From an uncultured Pseudomonadota bacterium (GTDB lineage: Bacteria > Oederibacteriota > Muellerivitia > Muellerivitales > Muellerivitaceae), in contig CAWIIP010000005.1 in assembly GCA_963836235.1 (NCBI GenBank), forward strand, positions 224,001-288,000: DNA of 64,000 nucleotides, read 5' to 3'. The notes below the pieces were generated by a model. The model was not told the DNA's origin. It searched no databases and was given only the letters and a program-made list of their open reading frames with translations. Each line of letters starts with the position of its first letter. Within the stretch, counting starts at the first letter, position 1. Positions 10,148-21,300 of this stretch are shown piece by piece. The position numbers and the translations under genes are program-made.

Positions 10148-10429
10148 ATGAACTCTTGGGAAATCGTGGCAGAACAGGAAAAAGCCTTTTCAGGATTCCA
10201 ATACAGGCTGGTTCTGTTGCGCAGCCAAAAATCCACCGAACCCTATAAAGTTTATGGATTGGAAAGAGTCTCTTCCTTTTGGGACTTGGTGGACAAGTTT
10301 TACCTCGCCGGAACGAACGGTGCCGAGGAACTGGATTGGGCCTTTGAGCAAGCCTGGCCGCTTTTCAACACCCGCAGGTCGGAGCTGGGACACCTGAACT
10401 TATTTAACTTCCCCCCAAAAAATTCATAA
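10148..10429 (+). CDS. Hypothetical protein, paralog of 53233-53505
   Basis: Shared MN.W.I.AE.EK.F...L.LLRS....PYKVYGL and WAF.QAWP.F. Confidence 0.65.
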   Translation: MNSWEIVAEQEKAFSGFQYRLVLLRSQKSTEPYKVYGLERVSSFWDLVDKFYLAGTNGAEELDWAFEQAWPLFNTRRSELGHLNLFNFPPKNS

Positions 10430-10535
10430 CCAGCCGTTAAAATTCGGCCGGCCCAGGTTTAAAAAAATCGTTGATGCTTCAATGGCCCCTCACCATCTGT
10501 TTCAAGCTCTAGGTGCGCCTCTACAGCCATCAGCG

Positions 10536-11888
10536 TTAGGATTGGGCCAGCCGGGCCCGGACATAAGCGATGTTTTCTTTCAAGCTGTAGAGCATGGGGA
10601 TATAGTTTGAGGATACCCTCACCCGGTTGGTTCGATCTTCCAGGTGTTTCAATCGGGTTAAAATCTCTTCCGTCGGGGGACGGCTGCCCAGCTTGTTGAT
10701 CTCCGTCTCCAACCAATGAAGCTCGCCGTAGATCAGGAAAATCCTCCGTTGCATGCCCCAGCCGTACAGGGACGCCAGCCCCTTTCCCAGGGGATAAAGA
10801 AGGCCCAAGAGGGGAATCACCAAAACTGCGGCCTGTTCCACCATGGCAGCCAACCAGAAAGGCATGTAGCGCTGGAGAAAAGGTCGGCCCGATTTGTAAA
10901 AATGCCTCGCGTCGGAACCCAGCTCGATCTCCAGCGCCTCCGCCGCCGGAAACTCGCCGGCTTTCTGGAAAATTCCAGCGTGCGAGTGGATTTGGGAGGC
11001 GGTCTCCAGCAACAAATATTGAAGGGCCGGGTGCAGATCGCCCCGGACAATGAGGCTGGTCTTGGTGGCCAGCAGGGTCGTGTCATGGGGCGGACGGTTA
11101 TGCGCCAAATCCCCCACACCCGCTGGAAGCACCCTTTTGTACAGGGAGGGGAAGAGGGCCACATAGGCGTCGGCCCGTGAAAAATTGGCCACGTCAATGC
11201 CCGGGGCGGCGATCAATTGCCGGATGACCGGGGAACCCCAGCTGGTCATGAGGATCGCCGCGTCAATCTTGCCTTGAAGCAATTCGGCCGTAGCCTCCTC
11301 CGGTTCCAGGCCCAAGGGCTGGAAATTCTCTATCTTCAACGAACTGCGTTTGAGAAGTTCCTCCACCAGCGCCCGGGTGTCGCTTCCCTCCGGCCCCACC
11401 GAGACTCGTTTCCCCTGTAGGGCGAACAAGATCCGGTCCGTGACGATTTTGCGGGAAAAGAACCAAACGGGTTCATAGCCTAGAGTCCCCAGAGAGACCA
11501 GCGCGGGCGAGTCGGTGTCGGCGGCCACTCCCCCTTCCACGAAACCCAGCTGAACCCCCGACTTTGGATCACGGAGCAGATTCAAATTTTCGACTCCACC
11601 CGCCGTAGGCTTCAACACCAGGTCGATCCCCTCTTTCGCCAGAAGGATCTTGTAGCGTTTTCCCCAATAGGCATAGGTGCTTCCATCCGGGCCCGTGGCC
11701 ATGGTGATGGTGTGGGGCGGTAGCGGATGGGTCGTGGAGATCAACCAGACAGCTCCTATCACGAGTAGAAGCAATGAAATCAGGATAATCCTCAAGGTTT
11801 TGCGGGAAAATAACGAACCGGCCCCGGAGCCCATCCCCAAGGGGGCATTGGCGCTTCCATCCCTTTTGTGATTTGATTGATTGGCCAT
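10536..11888 (-). CDS. TAXI family TRAP solute receptor with C-terminal TM extension
   Basis: ATGPDGSTY, TAGGVENL, YEPVW, VGPEGS, PFLQRYMPFWLA. Confidence 0.85.
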   Translation of the reverse strand: MANQSNHKRDGSANAPLGMGSGAGSLFSRKTLRIILISLLLLVIGAVWLISTTHPLPPHTITMATGPDGSTYAYWGKRYKILLAKEGIDLVLKPTAGGVENLNLLRDPKSGVQLGFVEGGVAADTDSPALVSLGTLGYEPVWFFSRKIVTDRILFALQGKRVSVGPEGSDTRALVEELLKRSSLKIENFQPLGLEPEEATAELLQGKIDAAILMTSWGSPVIRQLIAAPGIDVANFSRADAYVALFPSLYKRVLPAGVGDLAHNRPPHDTTLLATKTSLIVRGDLHPALQYLLLETASQIHSHAGIFQKAGEFPAAEALEIELGSDARHFYKSGRPFLQRYMPFWLAAMVEQAAVLVIPLLGLLYPLGKGLASLYGWGMQRRIFLIYGELHWLETEINKLGSRPPTEEILTRLKHLEDRTNRVRVSSNYIPMLYSLKENIAYVRARLAQS

Positions 11889-12024
11889 GAACTCTCCTTT
11901 TTGAATTGGAACTATCTTGATCCCTTTTCCCGCCCCGCAGGCATCTCGTAAACGGGCTTCATTTTAACAGATGTTGAATAAGTCGTCCCGCCGAATGAAA
12001 TTGGAAAGGTTGGTCATGGAAATG

Positions 12025-12053
12025 TTGTAAATTCCCCGGGTCTCTTTTACGAT
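12025..12053 (+). promoter_or_regulatory. Candidate native tRNA promoter, now upstream of attL
   Basis: TTGTAA-17 nt-TACGAT followed by GC-rich GCGTCGC discriminator, 15 nt before the tRNA 5' fragment. Confidence 0.55.
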
Positions 12054-12068
12054 GCGTCGCAGGTAAAA

Positions 12069-12113
12069 GTGCCCATAGCTCAATTGGATAGAGCTTCTGA
12101 CTTCGGATCAGAA
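12069..12113 (+). repeat. attL: 45-bp copy of tRNA-Arg 5' half
   Basis: GTGCCCATAGCTCAATTGGATAGAGCTTCTGACTTCGGATCAGAA is identical to 49446-49490. Confidence 0.95.
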
Positions 12114-12285
12114 AGTTAGGAGAAGAAGTCTTCTTGAGAAAGGCATCTTAAAAAACTAGTCCCCAGCACATTATCAAAGGCCTTTGCCTGTAAGGGTTTT
12201 ATGACCCGATCAAGCGGAGGCCTTTTTTGTTGGTGACGGTCGAGAACATTTGGCGACGGTCAAAACCCGATTTTGATGGTCGAGT

Positions 12286-12304
12286 TTGACACGCATATGA
12301 CACG
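12286..12304 (+). repeat. Putative integrase arm-type site (TGACACG x2)
   Basis: TTGACACGCATATGACACG matches 49355-49373 at 18/19. Confidence 0.65.
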
Positions 12305-12317
12305 GGAGCCACTTTGA

Positions 12318-15300
12318 CTATCGAATGATAGCGATTTTTCCTACTTTAGTTTCCTGGGATGCACCGTTATGCACCCGTAGTACAAAAAGATAGAGACCGC
12401 TGGCTACCGGCTGACTCCCGTTGTTTTGGAGATTCCAAACTATTGTGTTCAATCCCGCTGATCCCTCCGTCTCAGTACCGTAAACCTGTTCGCCGCTCAC
12501 CGTGAAGATGGCTAGGGAGACCTTGGCTTGACTAGTTAAATAAGTTAATAATCGGATGGGCTGTTGGCCATTAGTTATATTTGGTGCGGCTACGACCGAT
12601 GCCAGCAATGGTGGGATGGGTGTTGGCGTTAACGTTGGATTTCCATTCATCCTAGCGAGGTCAGCCACTATAGCTCCTTGGCCGCCGCTGGGCGTGCAGG
12701 TTGCCAGGGGGCGGCAGGAAGGCGGAATGCCGCCCGAGGCCGTCACTAGGTTTCCTTTTAGGTAAATGGCGTAATGAGAATTAGTTGAATATGTCGAAGC
12801 CATCACGCAAGGGCTATACCAATAGGAAGTTCCCGGCACAAAAGGCTGGTTGTCGGAGCGGTTAACCAGAGTCTGAAGACCCACCCAGCTTGTCCCGCCG
12901 CTTAAAACCGTGTTGTCCGTCGTTGAAACCGTCATTTCCCAATTGGCCATTTGGGTGGTACTGGGGCCGCAGGCCGGGGAGAAATTCAAGGCGGATATCG
13001 TCGTGCCCGTAACGTTGTGGGAACAGGTTGGGTTCCAGATACAACCTCCTGTGCTGATAGACCCTACCAGGCTTACCCCCGATGTGTCGTAGGGCCAGAA
13101 CTTGATGGTGAGGTCCGAAAGCGTCACCGCCGCCCCGTTGTTGACGACGGCGAAAAGGTGGTAGACCGAATTGGACCCGCAGGAACTCGTATATTCTTCC
13201 AGCAGGGCCAAGGCCGAGGTGTTCGTCCCGCAGGCGGTCGTGGGGGAGGGTGTCGGGGTAATCGTCGGTGTGTAGGTCTTCGTTACGGTGAAAGTCTTGG
13301 TTGCGGTATTCGTAAGCGTCGCCGTCTTGGTCGAAGTGCCCGTGACGGTGAAAGTCGATGTCTTCGTGGGCGAATTGGCCGGTGTTGGAGTTTTGGTGGC
13401 GGTTTTGGTTTCGGTCCGGGTAGGTGTTTGGCTTGGGGTCAATGAAGCGGTCGAAGTCCTTGTGTTGGTGGGGGAAAGGGTTGGGGAGGCTGTTGGAGAA
13501 TTCGTCGCCGTATTTGTAGTTGTCTTTGTTGTGGTATTAGTAGCGTTATTAGTGGGAGTGTAAATGACTGTTTTTGTTGGCGTAGAAGTGGCTGTGTTGG
13601 TGGGGGTATTGGTCCCCGTGCTAGTGGCGGTATTCGTCGAGGTATTCGTTGTCGTGTTAGTCGGGGTGCTTGTGGTCGTTTTGGTTGGCGTATTCGTAGT
13701 TGTTTTCGTAGTGGTATAAGTCGCTGTGTTCGTTGACGTTTTGGTGGTGGTACTAGTCGGTGTGTCGGTGGTTGTGTTGGTGGGTGTATTCGTAGTTGTA
13801 TAAGTCGCAGTATTCGTGAGTGTGTTGGTCGCCGTATTGGTAGTCGTGTAAGTCGCCGAGTTGGTGGCTGTATTAGTTGGCGTATTCGTGCCGGTGAAAG
13901 TGGTGGTGTTCGTCGGTGTTTGAGTAGGCGTTTCCGTGCCCGTATTGGTTGGGGTAAAGGTCGCTGTCAATGAAGGGGTAAAAGTGTAGGTTCCCGTGAG
14001 AGTCAAAGTATAGGTCGGCGTCGGTGTGGGATAGGGCGCCTGTCCACAAGAGCCTAACCGTTCAATATTATTGAGATCATCCGCCGCCGCATAAAAGGTT
14101 CCATCCTGCGGCGCGGCCACGCCGCCCGGTGAGGCGACGCCACTGATCACGCCCACTTCATTACCTGACAAATCGCTTATCCCTAAGCCACTTCCCTGAG
14201 TCGCCACACAAACACGATTCGCGGTACTATCCACCGACAGGAAGACCGGATTGGGTAGCCAGGAACTCGTGTTCCATTGGTTGAGGAAGTTCCCACTTCC
14301 GTCGAAAACCTCGATCAAGCTGGGATTAAAGCTTTCCACGTAAACCCGTCCTTGGTTGTCCAAGGCCAGGCCCGTTGCATAATCGAATGTCCCGTTTCCG
14401 TCATCCCCGGCTGTCCCCCATTGGGTCACCGGAACTCCTTGGCCATTGAAAACCTCAACTCGGTTGTTTGCTTCATCCGCCACATAAACCGTTGTTCCGG
14501 CCGAATTCACCGCTATCCCCCAGGGAGCCTGGAACTGACCTATCCCGTTTCCGCTTCCCCCCCATTGGGTGATGGGGTTGCCCGCAGTATCGAAAACATA
14601 AACCATATCGTCTTCATAATCGGTCATGTAAAGATGGTCGTTACCATCGATCGCCAGTCCCATGGGGTAAATAAATGGGTTCTGGCCGTTGGAGGGTGGG
14701 CCCCACTGGGTGACGGCATTCCCGTGGGGGTCGAAAATATCCACTTGGTTGTTGTCAACGTCCGCCGCGTAGAGGTTGCCTTGGGTATCCAGCGCCAGCC
14801 CGTCGATAGACCCGTCCGTTGACGAGGAAGAGACTACGTTGCAATAAATAGACACGGGTGGAGGTAACGGCGTAAGAGTCGGAATCAATATAGGCGTTAG
14901 GGTAGGGGTCGGTGTGGGATAGGGCGTCTGGGAACAAGGGCCTAAACGTTCAATAACCCCCAGATTGTTCGCACCGACCCAAAGCGTTCCATCCTGTGGG
15001 GCGGCCACGCCGCCCGGTGAAACGATACCGCTGACCACGCCCACTTCGTTTCCCGACAAGTCGCTGATGCCCAAAACGTTCTGGGCCTCTATGTAAACCT
15101 GATTCGCCGTGCTATCCACCGCCAGCATGACAGGGTTGGGTGCCCAAGACCCTGTGTTCCATTGGTCGAGGAAGTTTCCGCTTCCGTCAAACACCTCGAT
15201 CCAATTAGGATTATAGCTGGCCACGTAAATCCGGCCCTGGTTATCCAAAGTTAATCCCGTCATGTAGTCGAAGGTTCCCCCGCCCGCGTCCCCATAGGTT

Positions 15301-18300
15301 CCCCACTCGGTTATCGGATTCCCATTGCCGTCTAAAACCTGCACCCGGTTGTTTCCGCTGTCCGCCACGTAAACCGTGGTTCCGTTGGAATTGACGGCGA
15401 TCCCGATGGGATACTCGAACTGTCCTGGCCCGTAACCACCTCCGCCCCATTGGGTGATGGCATCGCCCGCCGTGTCGAAGACATAAACTTGATTGTTGTA
15501 ATTATCCGTCAGGTAAAGGTGGTTGTTCCCGTCCACGGCAAGGCCCATGGGGTTGATAAACTGGTTTTGGCCGCTTGGTCCCCACTGGGTGATGGGGTTT
15601 CCCTGAGGATCGAAAACATCCACCTGATCGGTATCGCCGTCCGCTGCATAGACGTTTCCTTGGCCATCAGTTGCCATCCCATTGATCGCCGAATCAGTTG
15701 ACGAGGAAGAAATCAGGTTGCAAAAGATTGGAATGGGCGACGGGCCAGGGGTGGGAGTTAAGGTCGGCGAAGGTGTAAAGGTTGTTGTCGGTGTGGGATA
15801 AGGGCTGGAGGAACAAGGTCCCAAACGTTCAATATTTTCATGGTCGTTCACTGCCGCGTAAAAGGTGCCATCCTGCGGCGCAGCCACGCCACCCGGTGAG
15901 ACAACACCACTGATCACGCCCACCTCGTTTCCTGATAAATCGCTTATCCCTAAACCACTGCCCTGAGTCGCCACACAAACACGATTCGCGGTACTATCCA
16001 CCGACAGGAAGACCGGATTGGGCAACCAGGAACTCGTGTTCCATTGGTTGAGGAAGTTCCCACTTCCGTCGAAAACCTCGATCAAGCTGGGATTAAAGCT
16101 TTCCACGTAAACCCGTCCTTGGTTGTCCAAGGCCAGGCCCGTTGCATAATCGAATGTCCCGTTTCCGTCATCCCCGGCTGTCCCCCATTGGGTCACCGGA
16201 ACTCCTTGGCCATTGAAAACCTCAACTCGGTTGTTTGCTTCATCCGCCACATAAACCGTTGTTCCGGCCGAATTCACCGCTATCCCCCAGGGAGCCTGGA
16301 ACTGACCTATCCCGTTTCCGCTTCCCCCCCATTGGGTGATGGGGTTGCCCGCAGTATCGAAAACATAAACCATATCGTCTTCATAATCGGTCATGTAAAG
16401 ATGGTCGTTACCATCGATCGCCAGTCCCATGGGGTAAATAAATGGGTTCTGGCCGTTGGAGGGTGGGCCCCACTGGGTGACGGCATTCCCGTGGGGGTCG
16501 AAAATATCCACTTGGTTGTTGTCAACGTCCGCCGCGTAGAGGTTGCCTTGGGTATCCAGCGCCAGCCCGTCGATAGACCCGTCCGTTGACGAGGAAGAGA
16601 CTACGTTGCAATAGATGGTACCCGGTACGGGTGACGGGGTGAGGGTTAAGGTCGGAGTTGGCGTGAGGAGGGGGGTCTGTGTTGGTGAAAGCGTGATAGT
16701 CGGCGTCGGTGTGGGATAGGGTATTGTGGAACAAGATCCCAAACGGTTTATAACCCCTTGATCATCGAGCGCCGCGTAAAAAGTGCCGTCCTGTGGCGCG
16801 GCAACGCCGCCGTAAGTTGGCGCTTGGGGGATGGAGCCACCGGTCCCACTGATCACGCCTACTTCGTTTCCTGACAAATCGCTTATCCCCAAGGTGTTAT
16901 TGATTGTCGTGATGTAAAGCTGACTCGTCGTATTGTCAACCGAAAGGAATAGTGGATTGGGCAGCCAAGAGCTTATGTTCCGCTGGTTTAGGAAATTACC
17001 ATTCCCGTCGAATACCTCGATCAAACTCGGAATATAGCTTTCAACGTAAACCCTGCCCTGATTATCTAGGGCCACTCCCGACGCCAAATCGAAAGTTCCG
17101 TTGCCGTTGTCTCCGGTTGTCCCCCATTGGGTTATCGGCTCCCCTTGACCGTTGAATGACGCAACCCTGTCGTTTATAAGATCCGCCACATAAACCGTGG
17201 TCCCAGCCGAATTGACCGCGATCCCAAAGGGGGCCTGGAACTGGCCTGTCCCGCTTCCGCTCCCGCCCCATTGGGTGATCGGGTGACCCGCCGTATCGAA
17301 AACATAAACCATGTCGCCCAAATAATCCGTCATGTAAAGATGGTTATTTCCGTCGATCGCCAGTCCCATGGGGTAAATAAACTGGTTCAGGCCATTGGAG
17401 GGTGGCCCCCATTGGGTAACGGCGTTTCCATGGGAATCGAAAACATCTACCTGGTCGGTATCCGCGTCGGCGGCATAGAGGTTTCCCTGGGTGTCGAGTG
17501 CCAGCCCGTTGATCGACCCATCCGTTGATGAGGAAGAAACCTCGTTACAATATATAGAGACGGCTGTTGAAAGAGGGGTGGGAGTCGGGGTGCTGGTGGG
17601 GGTTTCCGTCGGGACCAGGCTGTTCGTATACCATGTGTCGTTCAAATACTCGTTGCCATCCCAACCGGCGATGACCCAGAGCTTGTTGTTGAAGGCCACG
17701 CTGGAATGGTCGGATCGGGGGGAGAAGTTGGCCGAGCTGGTGGCCATGGTCCAGTTGGAACTGCTATTAAGGTACCAAACATCGTTGGCCTCGGTGCCGT
17801 CGTCCAGGGTCCCGCCGATGACGAACATGAAATTGTCCATTATCCCCGCCGAAGCGTCCTGCCTCCCTTGGGTGCCGAAGGTCGTGGGTCCGTACCAATG
17901 GTTGCCGTCCGTGTACCAAGCGTCATTCAAAAGGTCCCCTTCCGCCGGAACCCCTCCGGCCACCCAAAGCGAATTGTTATAAGGGGCGCCCGCCTGATAT
18001 GCCCTCAGGGGATAAGCCGTGCCAGAGTTGGAACTCGGAGTTTTGGAACTCCAATTCATCCCGTCGGAGGAAACCCAAATGTCGGATAAGACATTGTCGT
18101 TTTGGTCCAGGCCGCCGACCAGCCACAATTCAGGTCCGTTCCCCAGGTTCTGAACCATCAGGGAGCTTCCTGTCCGGGGGCTGAAGGGAGCCTGGGTGAC
18201 AGCCTCGGTCCAGTTCACGCCGTCCGGCGAGGACCAAACGTCGTTATTCAGGCTGTCGTTGAAATTCTGCCCGCCCACCACCCAAATCTTCCCGTTAAAG

Positions 18301-21300
18301 GCCGCCGCCCCAGGGTCGATGCGGGGGCTGAACCCGGTGGAAACCGTTTGTTGGGTCCAATTCGCCCCGTCGGTGGAGGACCAAGTGTCGTTGAAGAACT
18401 CGCTGTCGTTGCCTCCCCCAATGACCCACATCCGGTTATTAAAGGTAACACTGGCCTGGTCCGCCCTTTGTGGAAACCCGGCGTTCGCCGTGGCCTGTGT
18501 CCAATTGCCGTATGGCCCCACGGTCGGCGTGGGTGTTGGTGACTCATAAGGAGCCAAGGGTGAGTACCAGGAATTGCCGTTGTTGTTGCCGGAAAGGTCC
18601 GTCCCACCCACGATCCATAAAGCATTATTCCCTTGGGGACTGGACGATGGATTGAATACCAGTCCGGATAATCCCTGACGGGGGCTGAAATTCGCCGCCG
18701 CCGTCTCCTCGGTCCAATCGGTCCCATCGCCGGAACTCCAAACGTCGTTTTTGACGGCTCCGGAGGCTCCATGACCTCCCATGATCCACATCTGCCCATT
18801 CGCGACCGTCCCGGCGAAACCGGTGCGGTACTCAAATGGCAGGCTGGTTCCCGTGCTCCAGTGGACCCCGTCCGAAGTGGACCAAGCCATGCTTTGATAT
18901 CCATAAAAATTGGGGTTTGGAGTGACGTCAGTATTAGTAACAGGTATACCGCCGACCACCCATATTTGGCTGTTAAGGGCCATGGCCTGGAAACCCGAAG
19001 TAGTGGCAAAAGGCCCCCTCGGCTCTTCGTCCCAATTGATGCCGTTGGTGGAAGACCAGACGTCCGCCAACCCGTCTCCCCCCATCACCCACATCTGGCC
19101 GTTGAAGATCACGACCTGGTGGCCGCTTCGGGGCGGGAAAGAAGCGCTGGCCGTCACCTGGGTCCAGGAAACTCCATCCAATGAGTTCCACACGTCGTTG
19201 GTCACGCCCTGGCTCGTCTGCCCGCCAATCATCCAAAGCGCCCCGTTGAAGCTGACGGCGGCCTGGCCTGTCCTGGTCCCAAAAGGCGCCAAAACGGTAG
19301 AAAGATTCCAATTGATCCCATCCGGGGAATCCCAAATATCCGCTCCCCCGCCTCCGATTACCCAAATGGAACCATTGAAAGCCGTGGCCGTCTGGCCTTG
19401 CCGGTTAGGGAATGCGCGGCCAACCGGGGCCCCTTGGAGCCAGCCTTGGCCGGTTATGGAAACGACGGTAGGGGTAGGGGAAATAGTCGGGGTTGCCGTG
19501 GGGGTGGGGGTGGAAGTCACGGCGGGGGAAGGCGTAGGCGTGAAGCTATTGGTCGGTGAGTTCGTGATGGAACCGGTGAATGTCGGGCTGGGAGTAAAGG
19601 TCGAAGTGGGTGTCCCCGGGCCCGGTGTCCAGGTGGAGGCCGGCGTATAACCCAAAGCGGGCGCGGTCCAAACGTCGTTCAAGTCGTTTCCATTGGAGTC
19701 CTGCCCACCCACGGCCCACATTTGATTGTTGAAGGCCGCCGCCGAGAAGTTGGTTCGCGGTATATAAGCCGTAGTCACCGCCACCTGGTTCCAATGGATT
19801 CCGTCCTGGGTAAACCACTGGTCTTGTAGGGCGTTGTTTCCGTTGATACCGTTAGGAATAAATAAGGCTCCCCCGCCGAAACTCATGGGTTCGTAGTTGG
19901 AAGTGTAGCTGGTTGCTTCATAAGCATAAGGCAGGTTTCCGGAAACTTGAGACCAATGTACGCCATCCGAGGTTTTCCATACCGTCTCGTCGGTTATTGG
20001 AGTGGGTCCTCCACAATCCCAAAATCCCCCAAAAATCCAAATGTATCCATTGAAGGCCATAGTGTTATTGACGCCCAAAATCGGCACTTGGCTTTCCAAG
20101 GTCCAATTCATCCCATCCGGCGATGAGAAAAGGCGGCTCGCGTTTCCACAGCTTGAATCCATAACCCATAACTGGTTATTCAGGACATAGGCCCCTATGA
20201 CCTGGCTGAAAGGCGCCTGGGCATCCGCCAAGTTCCAATTCACCCCATTTGGCGAACTGAAAACCTGGTACTGGCCATTGTCCCAATCTATCGCGTTGAA
20301 GACCCACAAATTCCCATTAAATGTTGAAGTGACCAAGCCGGTTTGCTCGTCGAATGGCGTGTTATCGGTGGCCAGTCTCCAGTTCACCCCATCAGGGGAA
20401 TTCCAAACATCTCCCAAGGGGCCGATGTCGCTGTTGGTTCCCCCGGCCATCCAAAGAAGGTTTTGTCCCGCCCAAGAACCCGTCGAGGGCTGGAAGGCCG
20501 TTAAGCCGGGATTGGAACGGGGAATGAATGCGGTATCACCCACGGCCTGGGTCCATACCGCGTTGCCGTCGGGCGTCGGGGTTGAAGTGGGCGTAAAGGT
20601 GGGCACCTGGGCGAAATTGGAATACCAGGCGTCTCTTAGATCGTAACTATAATTATTTTCTGACTGCGACTCCGGCAAAAGGGGATCGCCGCCCGTTATC
20701 CAAATGTGGTTATTATCCGTTGCCGCCGCCCCATAGGCTCGGCCGGGAAAGGGGGCCGCGTAAGTCGAAGCCGTCCAATTGATACCATCCGAGGAATGAT
20801 AGACATCATTAAAGGAAATATAAGGTTGATGCTGTGAATAGACCGGATTGGGGGGGGGGTATCCTCCACCCAACACCACCATTTGGTTACTAATGGGATC
20901 AACCTGGGCCGTAAAACCCCACCGGGGTGGCCAAGAAGCGTTGGCCGTAGCCTCGGTCCAGTTCACACCATCGGGGGAACTCCAAACGTCATTCAGGGGT
21001 TCATTAAAAAAGTTGCTCCCACCCATCACCCAAAGCTGGCCGTTGTAGGCCAAGCATTGGTGGTAAAAACGGCCGGGGAAAGCGGCGGAAGCCGTCTGCT
21101 TGGTCCAATTCACCCCGTCCGGCGAACTCCAAACGTCATTGAGATCGTTATTGTCCAGGTCTTCCCCACCGATGACCCACATTTGGCCATTGAAAGCCGT
21201 TACGGTAAAAGCGGTCCGGTAACCCCATGGGGCTTGGGCCTTTGTTTCGGTCCAGTTGACGCCGTCCAAGGAACTCCAAACATCGCTCAAATAGGTCCAC

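Noticed and set aside
12069-12143. Second functional tRNA-Arg
   Set aside because: No TTC T-loop, acceptor 3' strand or CCA
14259-16613. Diversity-generating retroelement template/variable repeat pair
   Set aside because: Both copies are coding, with no adenine-specific mismatches and no reverse transcriptase in the window
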